In this document: piece after piece, positions 23,354 through 37,717 of the stretch | Layout of the letters: each line of letters opens with the position of its first letter | Numbering within the stretch: position 1 is the first letter of the stretch | DNA from: Oculina patagonica | Taxonomy: Eukaryota | NCBI RefSeq assembly: GCF_052425735.1 | Contig: NC_135769.1 | Span: 14,818,001 to 14,882,000, forward strand | DNA length: 64,000 nt | Reading direction: 5' to 3' | Program-made: the position numbers and the translations under genes | The notes under the pieces: model-generated | Told to the model about the DNA's origin: nothing | Database searches by the model: none | Seen by the model: the letters and a program-made list of their open reading frames with translations, nothing else

Positions 23354-26300
23354 GAAACTATAGTAAATTGTACAAAGTTCTCAGTCACCTGTTCAGTTTC
23401 GCGACGCATATCGACAGCATAGAGACGGTAACATTTGACTCAGTTTGTTAAATATCAATGTTGTATATGCAATTTATGCTATATTGTGAATTTCTGATTA
23501 TTTAGTTGATGTGATGGAAACGACATCGTTTAATTGCATGCATGAAACGACTTTATTTAACAAAATTATTAAACAAATGGCCAATAATTGTACATACACA
23601 TCGCCGTTTAAACTAGTCATCGTTGATGACCGATATCACTCTTTCAATGCAAATACGCCTGAATACGTCTTATTTGGTCAAGTTGTTTTTTTGATTCCTA
23701 GAACGTCAATCAAGCATCGCTATATGGTTGGAAGAGGATACATTGATTTATTATATATATACTCAGATATTTCAGATATTTTCATAGCCACATAAACAGA
23801 GCATTCTCCTGCCGAGACATCGGACTTACTCTGTGGTGGCCGCAATATGTAAGAGCCAAGCTTCGTCACACTGTGAGGTAATCAATAAGAGGCAATAAGA
23901 GGGCTGGTTGTTAGTGAACTATGGTATTCAGTAATAAACCATTTGACGTGAAATTGTGATCTTAGTTTTATCTCCTAATCATCCTGAAAACGGTTTGTCA
24001 GGTATGGTTATGGTTGATGAGAAAAACATGTACATAGTCACTGCCTTTTTGTCGAGGAATTGAGTCAAGGTATTAAAGCTGGCGGTGCGGAGCTGTCAAA
24101 GTGTCGAGTTCTAACAACACTGATTTTGTGACGGGCTTTGTTCAAAACTTGAAAGCAAAGAAACAACTCTGAAACATTACTGCCAGCAAAAAATTGTCAT
24201 TTTACTGTGTGTGTTTGAACGTCTGTCTTGTCCCTAGGATCAAAAGATGGCTGAATCCCAAAAGATCAATGCGCCTTGTTCGTAAATTTCCAAGTTTTAC
24301 ATGAAAATGGCTGGTCGGAGTTGAGGGGGCTTTCATTATTTTAACTTAAACAAAGACGAGTATTCATTGTGGTTGAATGGCAAACGCAAGCTCGTTAGTA
24401 ACGAGCAAAAGTGCGTGATATAACCTATAGTTGAAGTGTTTTTGGCAAGAAGTGGCTGCAACACATACAACTGAGTAAGGAGCCGTGACTAACGCCTTAC
24501 TCTTGCGTCTTGCGCACTGTCTCAAAAACGAATACTGGCTATATACTTCGTTAGATCGACTGCAAAAGTACTGTTACTAAAGAGCTGTAACAGATAGAAA
24601 GCATTGAAACTAAAATAGTCGCCTCCCGGGGTCTTGATCTTCCCCATTTCCGATCCGCGCGATATTTAAAATAAAACACTTGTAAGATACTTAATGGATT
24701 TGATCCTTTAAAAACTTGCGAACAAAAAGGTTTTCACTTGGAGCTTAGCAATTTAGCTTTTAATAGAGTTCATTTTGGCTGACAACTATTTCCAAAAAAT
24801 TGCTACGAATCATTTCAGTCTCTTCCAGCGGTTTCCCGTCTAAGAAAACTTTGTTTACATTCGAAAGCTTCACTGGGGCCCAGTTTCTCGGCTAACAAGA
24901 TGGCCAGATGTTTCGCTAAATTTCAAAAACTTTTTTGGAGACGGAAGATCGTCAAACTTTTCCCGTTTTGAGGGCTAAAGTTTAAGAAAAATGTAATCTT
25001 AACGTGTGTTTTTGGCCACTCATGTACTTCATTTTTTGCGGCGACTTTGTACCCGCTCCAGTACCAACAAAGTTCACAAAAGTTCTTACAAATTGAATTT
25101 CATGTTTGTGGTTTTACGAGCCGCGAGAGGAATCCATAGTGATGGAGTATTACACTACTGACAAAAGCATAGCACTGTGTGTTGGCTGCCTCACGGGCCG
25201 GATACTGGAGTATGCACGTGGAAATGTGAACAATGCTGCATTGGTGCAACACTTTTTTCTGGTACCATCAGAAAACTATATGACAACAGTCATCATACTA
25301 TGGAATAGAAATACTAAGCACAAAGGAAACGATGAAACATTCCTTGTGTTTTAATCAGGTCTTAACCGGCGTGGTAGCCCACGCAGTCTTTGTATTAAAC
25401 ACACCGGGTGGAACATAAAAGTGCTAGACATCCTGTCTCATTACAGCCCGTTTATTTAACCATTAACCTTAAACGCCTCCTCGTAATTGTTACTCACTAC
25501 TAGATTGGACACGTACAAGCTTTCACAGAGAAATCAGGGTTACGGTTAACAATGAATCACATACCGTAAAGCTGTTTCCAATACACTCCCCTGTCAGTTC
25601 AATAAATAGATGCGGTTATTGCTGTTAACATAACGCTTCCACAACATATTATCAGTTTCTTCCTTTCAACGACGACCTCTGTTAAAATTATTCGCCCATG
25701 CCACATTTGTAATGTTTTAGCGCCCAACAACACGCAGGCCAGATATGCGTGCCAATTTGGCACCCCAAAGAAAACAAATTTAGGGCGATTTTTTAAAAAT
25801 ATCGATAGTTTTGGCATCCGGATATGTTACCTACAAGTCGGTATGTATCAAGGGGCGGAAAGCATTAAGACAATGGCTTTTTACATATCTACTCCCTCCT
25901 CTTCACTCCCACCACTGTTCTTCCTTTTCAATCACAAAATCTTTTGCAGTTCTTCCGTCGTCTCGAAAGACAATTTTCTTGAAATTCCCAAACTTTTGTC
26001 TGCAGGTGAGTAGCTTGATAACATTATGCACACAACTTTTGCTGAAACATAGCAATAATACAGCAAATAAAAAAGTAATGTTCTAAAATCACAAATATTC
26101 TCTGAATGCAATATTTTAAACCTTTAGTACCACAATATGACGACAACGTTGTAAATAAAAGAGTTACTTAAATCAGATGCTAATTAATCAGGAAAGAAGT
26201 ATGTCAAGTATAGATTATCAGTGTTAAAGTGTTCATGTGTTTGCAAGAAATTCATTTTAACTCGGTTGGAGTCCACCTGCATACCGCGAAATTGTCATAA

Positions 26301-27469
26301 ATTTTCTGCTCGAAAAGTTCTAATTTTCGTTTATGGTAAAGAATTTATTGCTTATGGGGTACTCGGATCGTACCAAAGCTCAGTAAATGTTTAAAGCTGT
26401 TCAGTTGAGTTGAACAAGATTTGACTTACTTAGCGCTGATGGTTCTTATTGACATTTACTGAATGTGAATGTTTAAGTCATAATGTGAGAACTTTCACTG
26501 ACACTCTTCAGAACTAAACAACTCAGGGGATCATGCAGCGAATACTCAACAGCAATAAGCTGAAGAAGCAGTCCCTTAGTCTAGGACGTCTCGATACGGA
26601 CAGAAAAGGAGACGAGTCCTCCGAGAAAACTACGTGCCATAGCGTAATATACATGTAGAAATTAAATACCAAATTAAATCAAAGTAGGTGAAAAGAAAAA
26701 CCTAATCTGTAAGAAAAATGGAAAGCGATATCACAAAGATTCTCATTAAAAAATTCTGGAAAAGATGCGTAACCCTCCCTTCGAATTCCACTTTAATAGC
26801 TCACAAAGAGGTATTTTGGTGCTCACTTTCACTGACCCTCCCCTCTAAGGCCCCAGCTCCCCCCCCCCTCCCTCGAAAACGAACGTACCTAACTACATCA
26901 CCACAACTTGAATTACTTCTTCTTTAGGGCATTTTCTTCATGTAGTTTTACATTTTGTCTGAAAAAGCGTAAGCTCTTTATATCGATTTATTATACATCA
27001 CAAATAAGTGCATAAACAAGGTTACGATATGGCGAGTATATAATAACATAAACTGATATTTTTTAGTTTTTGCAAACTAGATATTTTTCAAGTCAGTGCT
27101 CTATTTAACTCATTAAATGTTAAAAGAACTACAAGCAGAGACTGAAAGAATAGTTTGCAGTATGTAGGCTCTGTGTCTAGGAATTATACCTGTTATACTA
27201 ATATAGGAAAACCACATAATTGTTCTATTAGTTTCAAACTAAGTTCTAAACAGTTTTGGGCGTTGATACTTTTCTGTTAATAAAGGAAGCCATTATGATC
27301 ACTGCCAAATGAACCATTGCGTGTTGGTCTGTATCTTATTAATATCTGTTTGATTCTTTTCATGTAAAATCATGGTATTTACTTTAGCATAAGTTTCTTT
27401 GTGGGCTTGTCTTGTTTTCAGTACTCATGTCATCTACTTACATGCTCAAACTGAAAAGTAAAGATATTA

Positions 27470-30400
27470 TTGTTTGCTTGGTCTTACTTTCTCAATCAAT
27501 TATGTACTTGTTTACTTAAGGTTGCTTTCCTTGCTAGTACTTTGATCATTCTACTCACATGCCTACTTGTTTGTTTACTTTATTTACTAAATTATCTACT
27601 GGTTTGTCTGTTTGTTTACGTTGTCACTCACTTATACCTACTTGTTTGTGTTAATTTTTGCTTACTTTCTCACATTCCTAAGTTACTTGCTCGTTTACTT
27701 TCTTACTTACCTACTTGTTTGTTTACTTATTTACTTTATCTACTAACTTTTCTACTGGTTTGTCTGTTTGTTTTCTTTGTCACTCACTTATACCTACTTG
27801 TTTGTGTTTTTGCAAGTTACTTACTCTTTTTCTTGAAACTTTTTTTACTCACCTACTTGTTTGTCAGCTTGTTTACTTTCTCAGTAAGTTATCGACTTGT
27901 TTGTCAGCTTGTTTACTTTCTCAGTTAGTTATCGACTTGTTTGTCAGCTTGTTTACTTTCTCAGTAAGTTATCGACTTGTTTGTCAGCTTGTTTACTTTC
28001 TCAGTAAGTTATCGACTTGTTTGTCAGCTTGCTTACTTTCTCAGATACTTACCTACTTCTTTGTTTGCTTGCTTACTTTTTTGCACACACAGATACTGTT
28101 TTGTTCACTAATATAAATATTTGTGAGTTAGTTATTTGCCTGCTTTAACTTTTTCACCTTGCTCAGTTACTTACTTGTCTGTAAACGTGCTTACTTTCTC
28201 ACTCACTTACCTACTTGTTTGTTTGCTTCCTTATTTTCCTACAAACTCACCTACTTGTTTGTTTGCCTACTTTCTCCCGTCTTAGTTATCCACTTGTTTA
28301 CTTGCTTACTTTCTCACTCACTTACAAATTACTTGTTTGTTTGTTTGCTTATTTTTTCACTCACTTGTAGCTACTTGTTTGTTTGCTTTCTTTTTCACTC
28401 ACTTAGCTCCTTGTTTGTTTGTTTGCTTACTTTTCCACTCACTTAGCTTACTTTTCCACTCACTCACTTAGGTTTGTTTGTCTGCTTACTTTTTCACTCA
28501 CTTGTCTACTGATTTGTTTGTTTGCTTACTTTTTCACTCACTTAGCAACTGGTTTGTTTGTTTGCTTACTTTTCCACTCACTTATCTACTGATTTGTTTG
28601 TTTGCTTACTTTTTCACTCACTTATCTATTTGTTTGTTTGTTTGCTTACTTTTCCACTCACTTATCTACTGATTTGTTTGTTTGCTTACTTTTTCACTCA
28701 CTTATCTACTTGTTTGTTTGTTTGCTTACTTTTCCACTCACTTATCTACTGATTTGTTTGTTTGCTTACTTTTTCACTCACTTATCTATTTGTTTTTTTT
28801 TGCTTACTTTTCCACTCACTTATCTACTGATTTGTTTGTTTGCTTACTTTTTCACTCACTTATCTACTGATTTTTTTTTGCTTACTTTTCCACTCACTTA
28901 TCTACTTGTTTTTTGTTTGCTTACTTTTTCACTCACTTATCTACTGATTTTTTGTTTGTTTGCTTACTTTTTCACTCACTTATCTACTTGTTTGTTTGTT
29001 TGCTTACTTTTCCACTCACTTATCTACTTGTTTGTTTGTTTGCTTACTTTTCCACTCACTTATCTACTTGTTTGTTTTTTGCTTACTTTTTCACTCACTT
29101 ATCTACTTGTTTTTTTTTGCTTACTTTTCCACTCACTTATCTACTTTTTTTTGTTTGCTTACTTTTCCACTCACTTATCTACTTTTTGTTTGTTTGCTTA
29201 CTTTTTCACTCACTTATCTACTTGTTTGTTTGTTTGCTTACTTTTTCACTCACTTATCTACTTGTTTGTTTGTTTGCTTACTTTTCCACTCACTTATCTA
29301 CTGATTTGTTTGTTTGCTTACTTTTCCACTCACTTATCTACTTGTTTGTTTGTTTGCTTACTTTTCCACTCACTTATCTACTGATTTGTTTGTTTGCTTA
29401 CTTTTTCACTCACTTATCTATTTGTTTGTTTGTTTGCTTACTTTTCCACTCACTTATCTACTGATTTGTTTGTTTGCTTACTTTTTCACTCACTTATCTA
29501 CTGATTTGTTTGTTTGCTTACTTTTCCACTCACTTATCTACTTGTTTGTTTGTTTGCTTACTTTTTCACTCACTTATCTACTGATTTGTTTGTTTGTTTG
29601 CTTACTTTTTCACTCACTTATCTACTTGTTTGTTTGTTTGCTTACTTTTCCACTCACTTATCTACTTGTTTGTTTGTTTGCTTACTTTTCCACTCACTTA
29701 TCTACTTGTTTGTTTGTTTGCTTACTTTTTCACTCACTTATCTACTTGTTTGTTTGTTTGCTTACTTTTCCACTCACTTATCTACTGATTTGTTTGTTTG
29801 CTTACTTTTCCACTCACTTATCTACTTGTTTGTTTGTTTGCTTACTTTTCCACTCACTTATCTACTGATTTTTTTTTGCTTACTTTTTCACTCACTTATC
29901 TATGATTTGTTTGTTTGCTTACTTTTTCACTCACTTATCTACTGATTTGTTTGTTTGCTTACTTTTCCACTCACTTATCTACTTGTTTGTTTGTTTGCTT
30001 ACTTTTTCACTCACTTATCTACTGATTTGTTTGTTTGTTTGCTTACTTTTTCACTCACTTATCTACTTGTTTGTTTGTTTGCTTACTTTTCCACTCACTT
30101 ATCTACTTGTTTGTTTGTTTGCTTACTTTTCCACTCACTTATCTACTTGTTTGTTTGTTTGCTTACTTTTTCACTCACTTATCTACTTGTTTGTTTGTTT
30201 GCTTACTTTTCCACTCACTTATCTACTTGTTTGTTTGTTTGCTTACTTTTCCACTCACTTATCTACTTGTTTGTTTGTTTGCTTACTTTTCCACTCACTT
30301 ATCTACTTGTTTGTTTGTTTGCTTACTTTTTCACTCACTTATCTACTTGTTTGTTTGTTTGCTTACTTTTCCACTCACTTATCTACTTGTTTGTTTGTTT

Positions 30401-30480
30401 GCTTACTTTTTCACTCACTTATCTACTTGTTTGTTTGTTTGCTTACTTTTTCACTCACATATCTACTGGTTTGTTTGTTC
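27470..30480. repeat. 40-bp minisatellite (TTGTTTGTTTGTTTGCTTACTTTTCCACTCACTTATCTAC)n; homogeneous at ~28480-30480, degenerate to the left
   Basis: About 50 near-identical units. A variant 40-bp sub-array (CTTGTTTGTCAGCTTGTTTACTTTCTCAGTAAGTTATCGA) lies at ~27856-28045. Confidence 0.97.
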
Positions 30481-30637
30481 ATAAATTCAGGGGACTGAGA
30501 GAATCGAACTGCATAACACCTTAATTAAGGTGCATCCACGGCTATAACAGAAGGGATCGATATGGAGGTGAAAAGCTTCTCCTGCGTCAATGTTACAATA
30601 GCATACGGGACGAGTTCTATTTCCTTATTGTCGTATA

Positions 30638-31070
30638 CCTTAACGTTACTATTTTTAGCGCCTACTAATTTTAGCGTTTTTTTCTGAGCAAGATTTAGCG
30701 ACTATTTAATTTAGCGATTTTCAGAAATTTGTTTTAAAAAAACCCGGCCCTTGTTAAAAAATATACCCAGTGAAAACCAGTTTTTAATGCACTTATAGCT
30801 AAGATGGAAATAAGTGTTCAGTAAAAGAACAGACTCACTTGAAATTAAAGACTTACATTGCTAGAAAGAACAAAGTTGCGACATCCTTTTTTTAAAGAAT
30901 TTTTCAAGTCGACTGTTCAATTTTGTTTACCTTAGGGTTGGGGGAGGGCCGGGGGTTACCTAAATTTAACGAGTATTAGATTTGACCGAGACAAATTTTA
31001 GCGAGTACTAAATTTAGCGATTTTTGCCCAACTCGCTAAAATCGCTAAAAGTAGTAGTTGCTAAATTTAG
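30638..31070. mobile_element. Degenerate MITE with TTTAGCG/CGCTAAA subterminal repeats, right end eroded
   Basis: TA|CCTTAACGTTACTATTTTTAGCG at the left end and clustered CGCTAAAA at ~31035-31065. Confidence 0.55.
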
Positions 31071-32384
31071 AAAAAAAAACTACAGAAAAAATAAAACTGT
31101 GAGAAAATGTACATACCCTTTATGTTTTGTAAAGGAAGGTTATCTGAACTAAAAGGGGAAAGTTATCCTGCTCTTTTAATTAAATTAGACGCAAGATTCT
31201 ATTGTGTCTAATCCTGTTCTTTACCGATCACTATCAAATTACCAAAATCTCGACCATAGGATTAGGAATGTACAAATCACATGTTTGTGGTGCGACGATT
31301 TTGAAAGATTCTTAGATTCCTTCCCGCGCCTTATGCCACTCCTCAGGGTTTAAAAAGCTAGCGGTTACAATATAAACAGAGGACCATTAACAACAACAAT
31401 GTTGATTTTGCAATCAGAGTGGGCCTGAGAAGTAAACCGATATCGGGATCTGAAAGCCTTAAAATTGTTTACGTTTGGTATTATCCCACCTTAATCTGCT
31501 TTTCTGGTAATTTTCAGTGCTCTCTTCCGAAATCTGTACGATCAGCAGAAACTAATAAAAGCGGTACACCCTTGGCGCCAGATAGAAAATTCGAGTTAAT
31601 TACCAGTTGGTCGCGTTATAACCTGATCGTTTTTCGTGGCACGTAGGCGATCGCTGCATGGAATTTGCCTTTGCGGCCATTGACAGTGACAAAAGGGTGT
31701 ATATTTGGATTAGACTTGTATTTATGTATGAAACGGATGTGTCGCTTAATCTCACCATTAAAGAGCGACTTTTTAAGCTGCAGAAAGGTCATGACTTTGG
31801 TGATGAAGAAGACTCGACACAAGCTGCACGGGTGTGCAGCAAGCGTAAATATGTACGTGAATATTAACATTGGCTGCAAAACACGTGAATTTCAAACCCA
31901 TTCATCAGACCAGAAATTCGAGACTTCCATTCTCTTAAATCACGTTTTAGGCGCTAAATTTTGACGTCTTTTCTTAATACCAGGCTTTCAATTTCCGGAA
32001 AACCCTTTCAGACGTTCTGGAAAAGTCTCTAGATAATTGCCGTATTTTTATTTTTCCCTTTTGGATACTATTCCAGCAATTAGCTATTCTCAGACTGAGC
32101 TTTTTCTTGCAAATTCTATTTTAAATTCATTTTGAATTTATTACTTTCGATATGGAACAAAAAATGGTCTTTAGAAACAAGCAATCATGGGTGAACAAAA
32201 AACATAGAAGCAATGGAAGCTACATTGGACAGTTTGTTTGATGGCAGGTGGATAAATAGGCACAATGTGTTAGTTTCCTTGGATGCAAACGAAACCACAA
32301 GCTGCCAATTTACTTAGTATCGCTTTTCATATTTGCCGTTGGCTATACATGTATATGAAGTACGTGCTCCTGAATTGCAATCTA

Positions 32385-32879
32385 CAGTAGAACCCCGATA
32401 ACTCGAACTCTGAAGGGAAACGAAAAACAGTTCGAGTTAGCGGGGTTTCGAGTTATCGGGGTCGAATGAATATTTAATTTGCTAAATTAATAATTGACAG
32501 TGTACTGATTTTTCAGCACTTCAATATATAGTACAGTGTAAATTGAACGTATCTTGTAGAAACTCTAACACGACCATGCATTCTTATGATAAGAGTGGAA
32601 AATGGCTGACAAATACGTGATCTGTTCGTTGCTCTTATCAATGGGCAACCGTGGCAAGTTGTAAGAACCGGAATTCGAGTTATCGGGGTAAATTTGACCC
32701 AAATTTTGTTCAAGGGAAACGAAATTTAGTTCGAGTTAGCGGGGTTTTCGAGTTATCCGAGTTCGAGTTAACCGAGTAAAAATGACTGAAAAGTGGGGGC
32801 AAATCCAAGGGAAATGGAAGTTAGTTCGAGTTAGCGGGGTTTTCGAGTTATCCGAGTTCGAGTTACCGGGGTTCTACTG
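32385..32879. mobile_element. pogo/Tigger-type MITE with TA TSD
   Basis: TA|CAGTAGAACCCCGATAACTCGAACTC ... GAGTTCGAGTTACCGGGGTTCTACTG|TA, with many TTCGAGTTA subterminal repeats. Confidence 0.9.
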
Positions 32880-33539
32880 TATAGTGTTCAGTCCTAGCAC
32901 ATCCGCCTTCAACAGAAAAGCCGTTTTCTACAGTACTCCAGACTCCCTGGGCATGATCATTTTGAACTCTTGTCTGGCACGTCATCAGGCTGTGCTTCTT
33001 GAGATCCAAAAAATCTTGTTTTTTTAACAGTTTTGCTAGGTAATGTTTTTCTTTTCAAGAATGTTTTTCTCATGATGGCTGTTTCCATGAAAAGCAGAGC
33101 TTCGCCTGGCCAAAACTTACTGCTTCCCTTTGGGCCATTCATTTAGTGCATACTGAATCCCCGTCATCCCAGTAGGTTTGAGCGATTGGGACAATCGGGG
33201 TTAAGGGTTGTAAGCCACCCTAGCACTCACTGTTGCCTTTCTGATCTCATTTAATACAGGATCAGTAAGACATTAGGGTCCGTTGTATCTTAACGCGCAT
33301 CTCTATCATGACCAAAATGTCAAATTTCTAAACATTGACGCACTAGGCATTTCTTTTTGCCGTGTGCGACGATCACGTAACGATCCTTGATTTCCTCCGG
33401 GCGCCTCCTTATCATTACGTGCTAACGGATCCAACCAAAATAGCAACAGAAAATTGATAAGAGGGCTTAACATCCGGCGTCTTTGTTATGTAAATTATAA
33501 CTTTAAAACAATAGTTGTACTTTTAACAATAATGATATC

Positions 33540-33621
33540 GCGATGGAGTATGACAGATGAGTAATATGCCCGATGACTGTCTCTTCTAAAATCCTTACAT
33601 AAATAAAGTTACTTACTTACT
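33540..33621 (+). mobile_element. Probable 3' tail of a 5'-truncated LINE/SINE
   Basis: Ends AAATAAAG followed by (TTAC)3, the short tandem tail typical of CR1/L2-group elements. Confidence 0.4.
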
Positions 33622-34015
33622 CCACTTCATGGGGAGCATAATCTATATAAAATGATCCACCTTTATTAAATCGAAATTTCGCGATAATTACGAAGTCACG
33701 CTGCAACCTATTCAAGGGTGTAGTGTTTTCGTGGCACTGGCTTTGCACGGTTGATACGTGAGGCTAATTATAACATGGCACATGTTAACACTATTCATTT
33801 CCTGTTAATGTCATGATAATTGCTAACCGCAAAACCGTTTATCAGAGTCTTATCTGATACCACCCCTCGATTTCATTAGCGTCCTTGGATGAAAGATGAC
33901 AGGTAGCTTAACAACCGTTAGTGGAGGATACAGTCCAGTGACGCCTTGTTAAACCCTTTTGAAAATTTAGTCATGATAATTTACGGATCACTACGACGAT
34001 TTATTTACCGTTGTA

Positions 34016-34445
34016 CAGTGGAACCCCGATATAACGATCTTCGATACAACGATATTCCCGATATAACGATGAGAATTTAGCAGACCGGACGTAAATTCCT
34101 CCCGATATAACGATGTTATCAGTACAGTCACAATTTATTTGCAAAACATCACATTTAATACAATAACATAACAGTTATTGAGTGATCTCTAACGTTTCTG
34201 ACAACAGCTTTGTGCGATGATATACGAAAATGATACTGTGTTCTAAGCCTCTTTATCAAAATTATTCTCTTTATCCTCATTTAATATGCAGTAAAAAGTA
34301 CTTGTTAGGTTTACCTCGATAAAACGATATTTTCGGTTATTTTACGGCCATATCGTTATATCGGGAGTTTCGATATAACGATTCCTCGATATAACGATGT
34401 AATTTTACTGCTCCCTTGGCATATCGTTATATCGGGATTCCACTG
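34016..34445. mobile_element. pogo/Tigger-type MITE with TA TSD
   Basis: TA|CAGTGGAACCCCGATATAACGAT ... ATCGTTATATCGGGATTCCACTG|TA, with CGATATAACGAT subterminal repeats. Confidence 0.9.
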
Positions 34446-34759
34446 TATATTACTTGGCAATGTTTGGCATATTTCACAGATAGCTCTGTCTTTAACATTC
34501 GAGGGTTACATATAAAAAACTTCAAGCTGTTGCTTATTTCCTGGGCGTCTACTTCCCCCAAAAAATTCCTCCAAGAGGTTTGGCCTGAAAGAAATTCATG
34601 TTCGGAAAATAGTTTTTCCCCCACCCTCCGATTATTTTTTATGGTCTGTCCCTTATAACGAGGTTTTTTGCGAAATCGATCATGATCTTTACATGTGAAA
34701 GATATCATATCTTTTACAGTGTAAAGACTCAGCGAGAGCAATCGTGGTAATTCACTCTA

Positions 34760-35223
34760 CCTTTATATTCTTACTAATTTAATACGCGCGAAAAAACATT
34801 GCGCAAAATTTAAACACGCGAAAATTAATGCCATATCGTATATCAAAAGTTAATAAAAAATTTTTAAATGTTCTGAATGTTTAGAACTCCAACTACCTAA
34901 CCTTGAAGATATCTTTCTGTCTTGTTTTCGACTGCACCCTTTGTCTTTTCACTGTTTTCTTGAGCTCTTAAATTGGCCAAAACCACTTTTGCACCGTCAT
35001 CAAAGTTTCCCTTTGCAGGTTCCTTGTAGTTACATTGAGCCAGACCTTTGTATATTAGTTCCTTAGTCTCTTACAACTGATCAATAAAACACTGACGAAA
35101 TCGCGAAATTTAACAAACTTTTGTTCTTATTTTTCCTGCATTTGCGAAAATTATAATACTGGCGAAATTCGGCTCCCGGCGTTTCGCGAAATTAAGTGCG
35201 CGCGAAAATTAGTAAGAATAAGG
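34760..35223. mobile_element. MITE with TA TSD and CGCGAAAATT subterminal repeats
   Basis: TA|CCTTTATATTCTTACTAATTT ... AAATTAGTAAGAATAAGG|TA. Confidence 0.7.
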
Positions 35224-35439
35224 TAGTTTATATAATAAATTGGAATTATGTTGACTGGAAAATTACAAATTATGAATGCATTGCAGACCTAGACCTGTAT
35301 AGCGTTGGTGTAGAAGTCTCATTTGGGAGGTCTCACAGTTGCAAGGTGTATTGTAGTGGTGTGGTAACATAGAGTTTTCTTGTGCGAGCAAGAGACACTT
35401 GGCGGTTCAACAAACGGAGGTGGTCAGGTGGTCTCTAAA

Positions 35440-36186
35440 ATTAACCCGCTTTTTACGGATACCCGCTAACACGGACAACGGGCACTTTGTCCCGAGTGAC
35501 AAACTCTTATATATCGTCAACCCCGCTTTACGGACACTGTTTATCTATGCACTGTCAATTTTCATTGTCAAAGTAAAGTTACCTAGTTTTTCAAATGAGT
35601 CCATTCAATTGTTGAGTTTCAAGAACAGTAAAGTTATTTCAGCCCGAGAGTACAAGTAAATGAGTTTAAACTTGTCAGAGTTACAGTCACAGAAGAAATT
35701 GTTGCTGCTAAAATACCTTCTTATCCCTTCCAAAAGGCAATTCGCGCACCTTTTCAAATAATTAATCTGCTGTCGATTATTCACAAACAGTAAAGTAATT
35801 TTAGTCCGAGAGTATTAGTAGATGAGCGTAAGCTTTCCCTAGTTTAAATGTGTTACAGTTACAGTTGCAGAAGAAACTAAGCAACGTTTTGCTGCTGTTA
35901 AAATGTCTGCTTTATTCCTTGCATAAATTAAAACTTACGAACTTTTTCAAGTGATTTCAAGAACGGTACTGTAAAATTAGTTTAGTCCAAGAGCATGATA
36001 AATGACATAAAGTTTCCACAGTTTACACTTGTTACAACGTTTTGTTGCCGTAAAAATGTCTGCATTTGTCTTTGTGTCGATGAAACATGTGTCCGTTTTG
36101 TCTGAGAGCCCGCTTAATACGGACACCCCGATAATACGGACACTTTGGCATGTCCCCTTGGTGTCCGTATTAACGGGGTTCCACTG
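35440..36186. mobile_element. pogo/Tigger-type MITE, left end eroded
   Basis: Right end GTGTCCGTATTAACGGGGTTCCACTG|TA. ACGGACA repeats occur at both ends. Confidence 0.7.
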
Positions 36187-37717
36187 TATCAGATTATCGG
36201 TTATAATCCTAGCAGTTTCTACTTTTGTTTCCTTTGAAAATCTTAACGACAAAACTATTAAAAAGTTTCATGAATTGAGAATAGTTTTGGCGAGGGCGTT
36301 GGTCTTATTAGTAAGTCTAGTAAACGCGTGACGGCGTGACAGGTAACGGCGTATCGAAAATCACCCTATCGAGATGAATCGCCTCATCGAGATTTGTCTT
36401 CTGTTTTTATTTTTCTTTGTTGTTGTTATTCGCTATAACTAAACTAAATTCTCAGACCTGCAGACCGTATAGAAGAAGAGAAATGGAAAAGGGCAAAATA
36501 TAGAAAGCTAATTGGATGCCCCCTTGAGTAAATTACCAAATAGATTAGGATAAAAAAGTAAACTTAACGTAGGAGAGAAAGAAGTATGAATTAGTTAGTA
36601 CTCAACAATGAGAGTTGACCTTTATAAAAAAAAGGAGAATTGCCAGAACCTTTCACTGTTTCCGTGTCCTTAGCATAATCTTATCTGACTCTTCACGTCG
36701 GTGCTCTCTCAAATAAAGAGATCGCAAAAACCGTAAACTGTGCCAGAACAGCCTAAAAACCGCAGCTTTATCGATCGCAAACGTCGAGTGTTCTAGAGCA
36801 GCTGTAACCGAACGGTAGTACTCTTGTGCTTAACTGACTCAAAACAAAATCAAGCTGATTAATTTAGTTGGACATGGCAGTTGCACAGCTTACTATACGG
36901 TATTATCCACACAAAATTTGAGGTTCACAGAACTTGACTGACTTTTTCGTTCTCAACTTTTCGTGCAGACTCGAATGTAGTCAATATGCTAGCGACTCAC
37001 GTGACACGCAAACCCGCGCAATTTCAGTTTGCGTGTATTTGCGCGGTTTGAAACGTCGAAGATGGCAAAATTGTCTTATAACATAGGGACGCGTGGATCT
37101 CGCGCTTCTCAGCCCCCGATTATGGCTCCTGATGAAACACAAAACAAGTTCTGAAGCATTCATGTGGGCATCATACAAACTGCAACGATATTGAATGCAA
37201 AGTAAGGTCTAAAGTGGAGGGATATACTTATGTCGTTCTTCCTGGGGTAAGGGTTAGGGGAGTAGGGTTGGGTGAGCGTGGAAAGGCACTATTGAACGAC
37301 GTTTTGCGACTAAGGCTTATTATCTTTATTAATGAGGTCCCACCTCATCCTTATCTTATCACAAAATATGGCAGAGAAAGCAACGATACACTTGCAGTTT
37401 CGTTATTGTAAATAAACTTAGCTCGGTAAACAACATTAATTCACAAGCCACGTCCAACCAAACCAGCTAACGGTTATGTTTCAGCCTCGTGGAATGAGAC
37501 CGCAAATCTATGAAATTACAAAGGGAATTGTGCCGAAAGCAAAAATGTTTCAAAATATAACTAACCCTATAAAATGTTGAATCAAAAAGTATATGGAACT
37601 AACTAAGCTTGAGTTTATACGTGTTAAATTGTATAAATAAACATCACAAAATCTAATGAAATCATGCCAGCCGAAACTGCTAGAATTGTATCACAGGACT
37701 ATTATTTAACGAGATAA

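Noticed and set aside
27856-28045. Repeated TTTCTCAGTAAGT as recursive splice sites
   Set aside because: AG and GT overlap rather than forming AG|GT, and no host gene spanning the region was identified.
28480-30480. CRISPR-like regular spacing
   Set aside because: Units are contiguous with no unique spacers, there are no cas genes, and the context is eukaryotic.
27470-30524. Many hydrophobic Leu/Phe/Cys-rich ORFs
   Set aside because: They are translations of the T-rich 40-bp minisatellite.
31658-31964. Short ORFs in a slightly GC-richer patch
   Set aside because: No recognisable domain or convincing splice sites.
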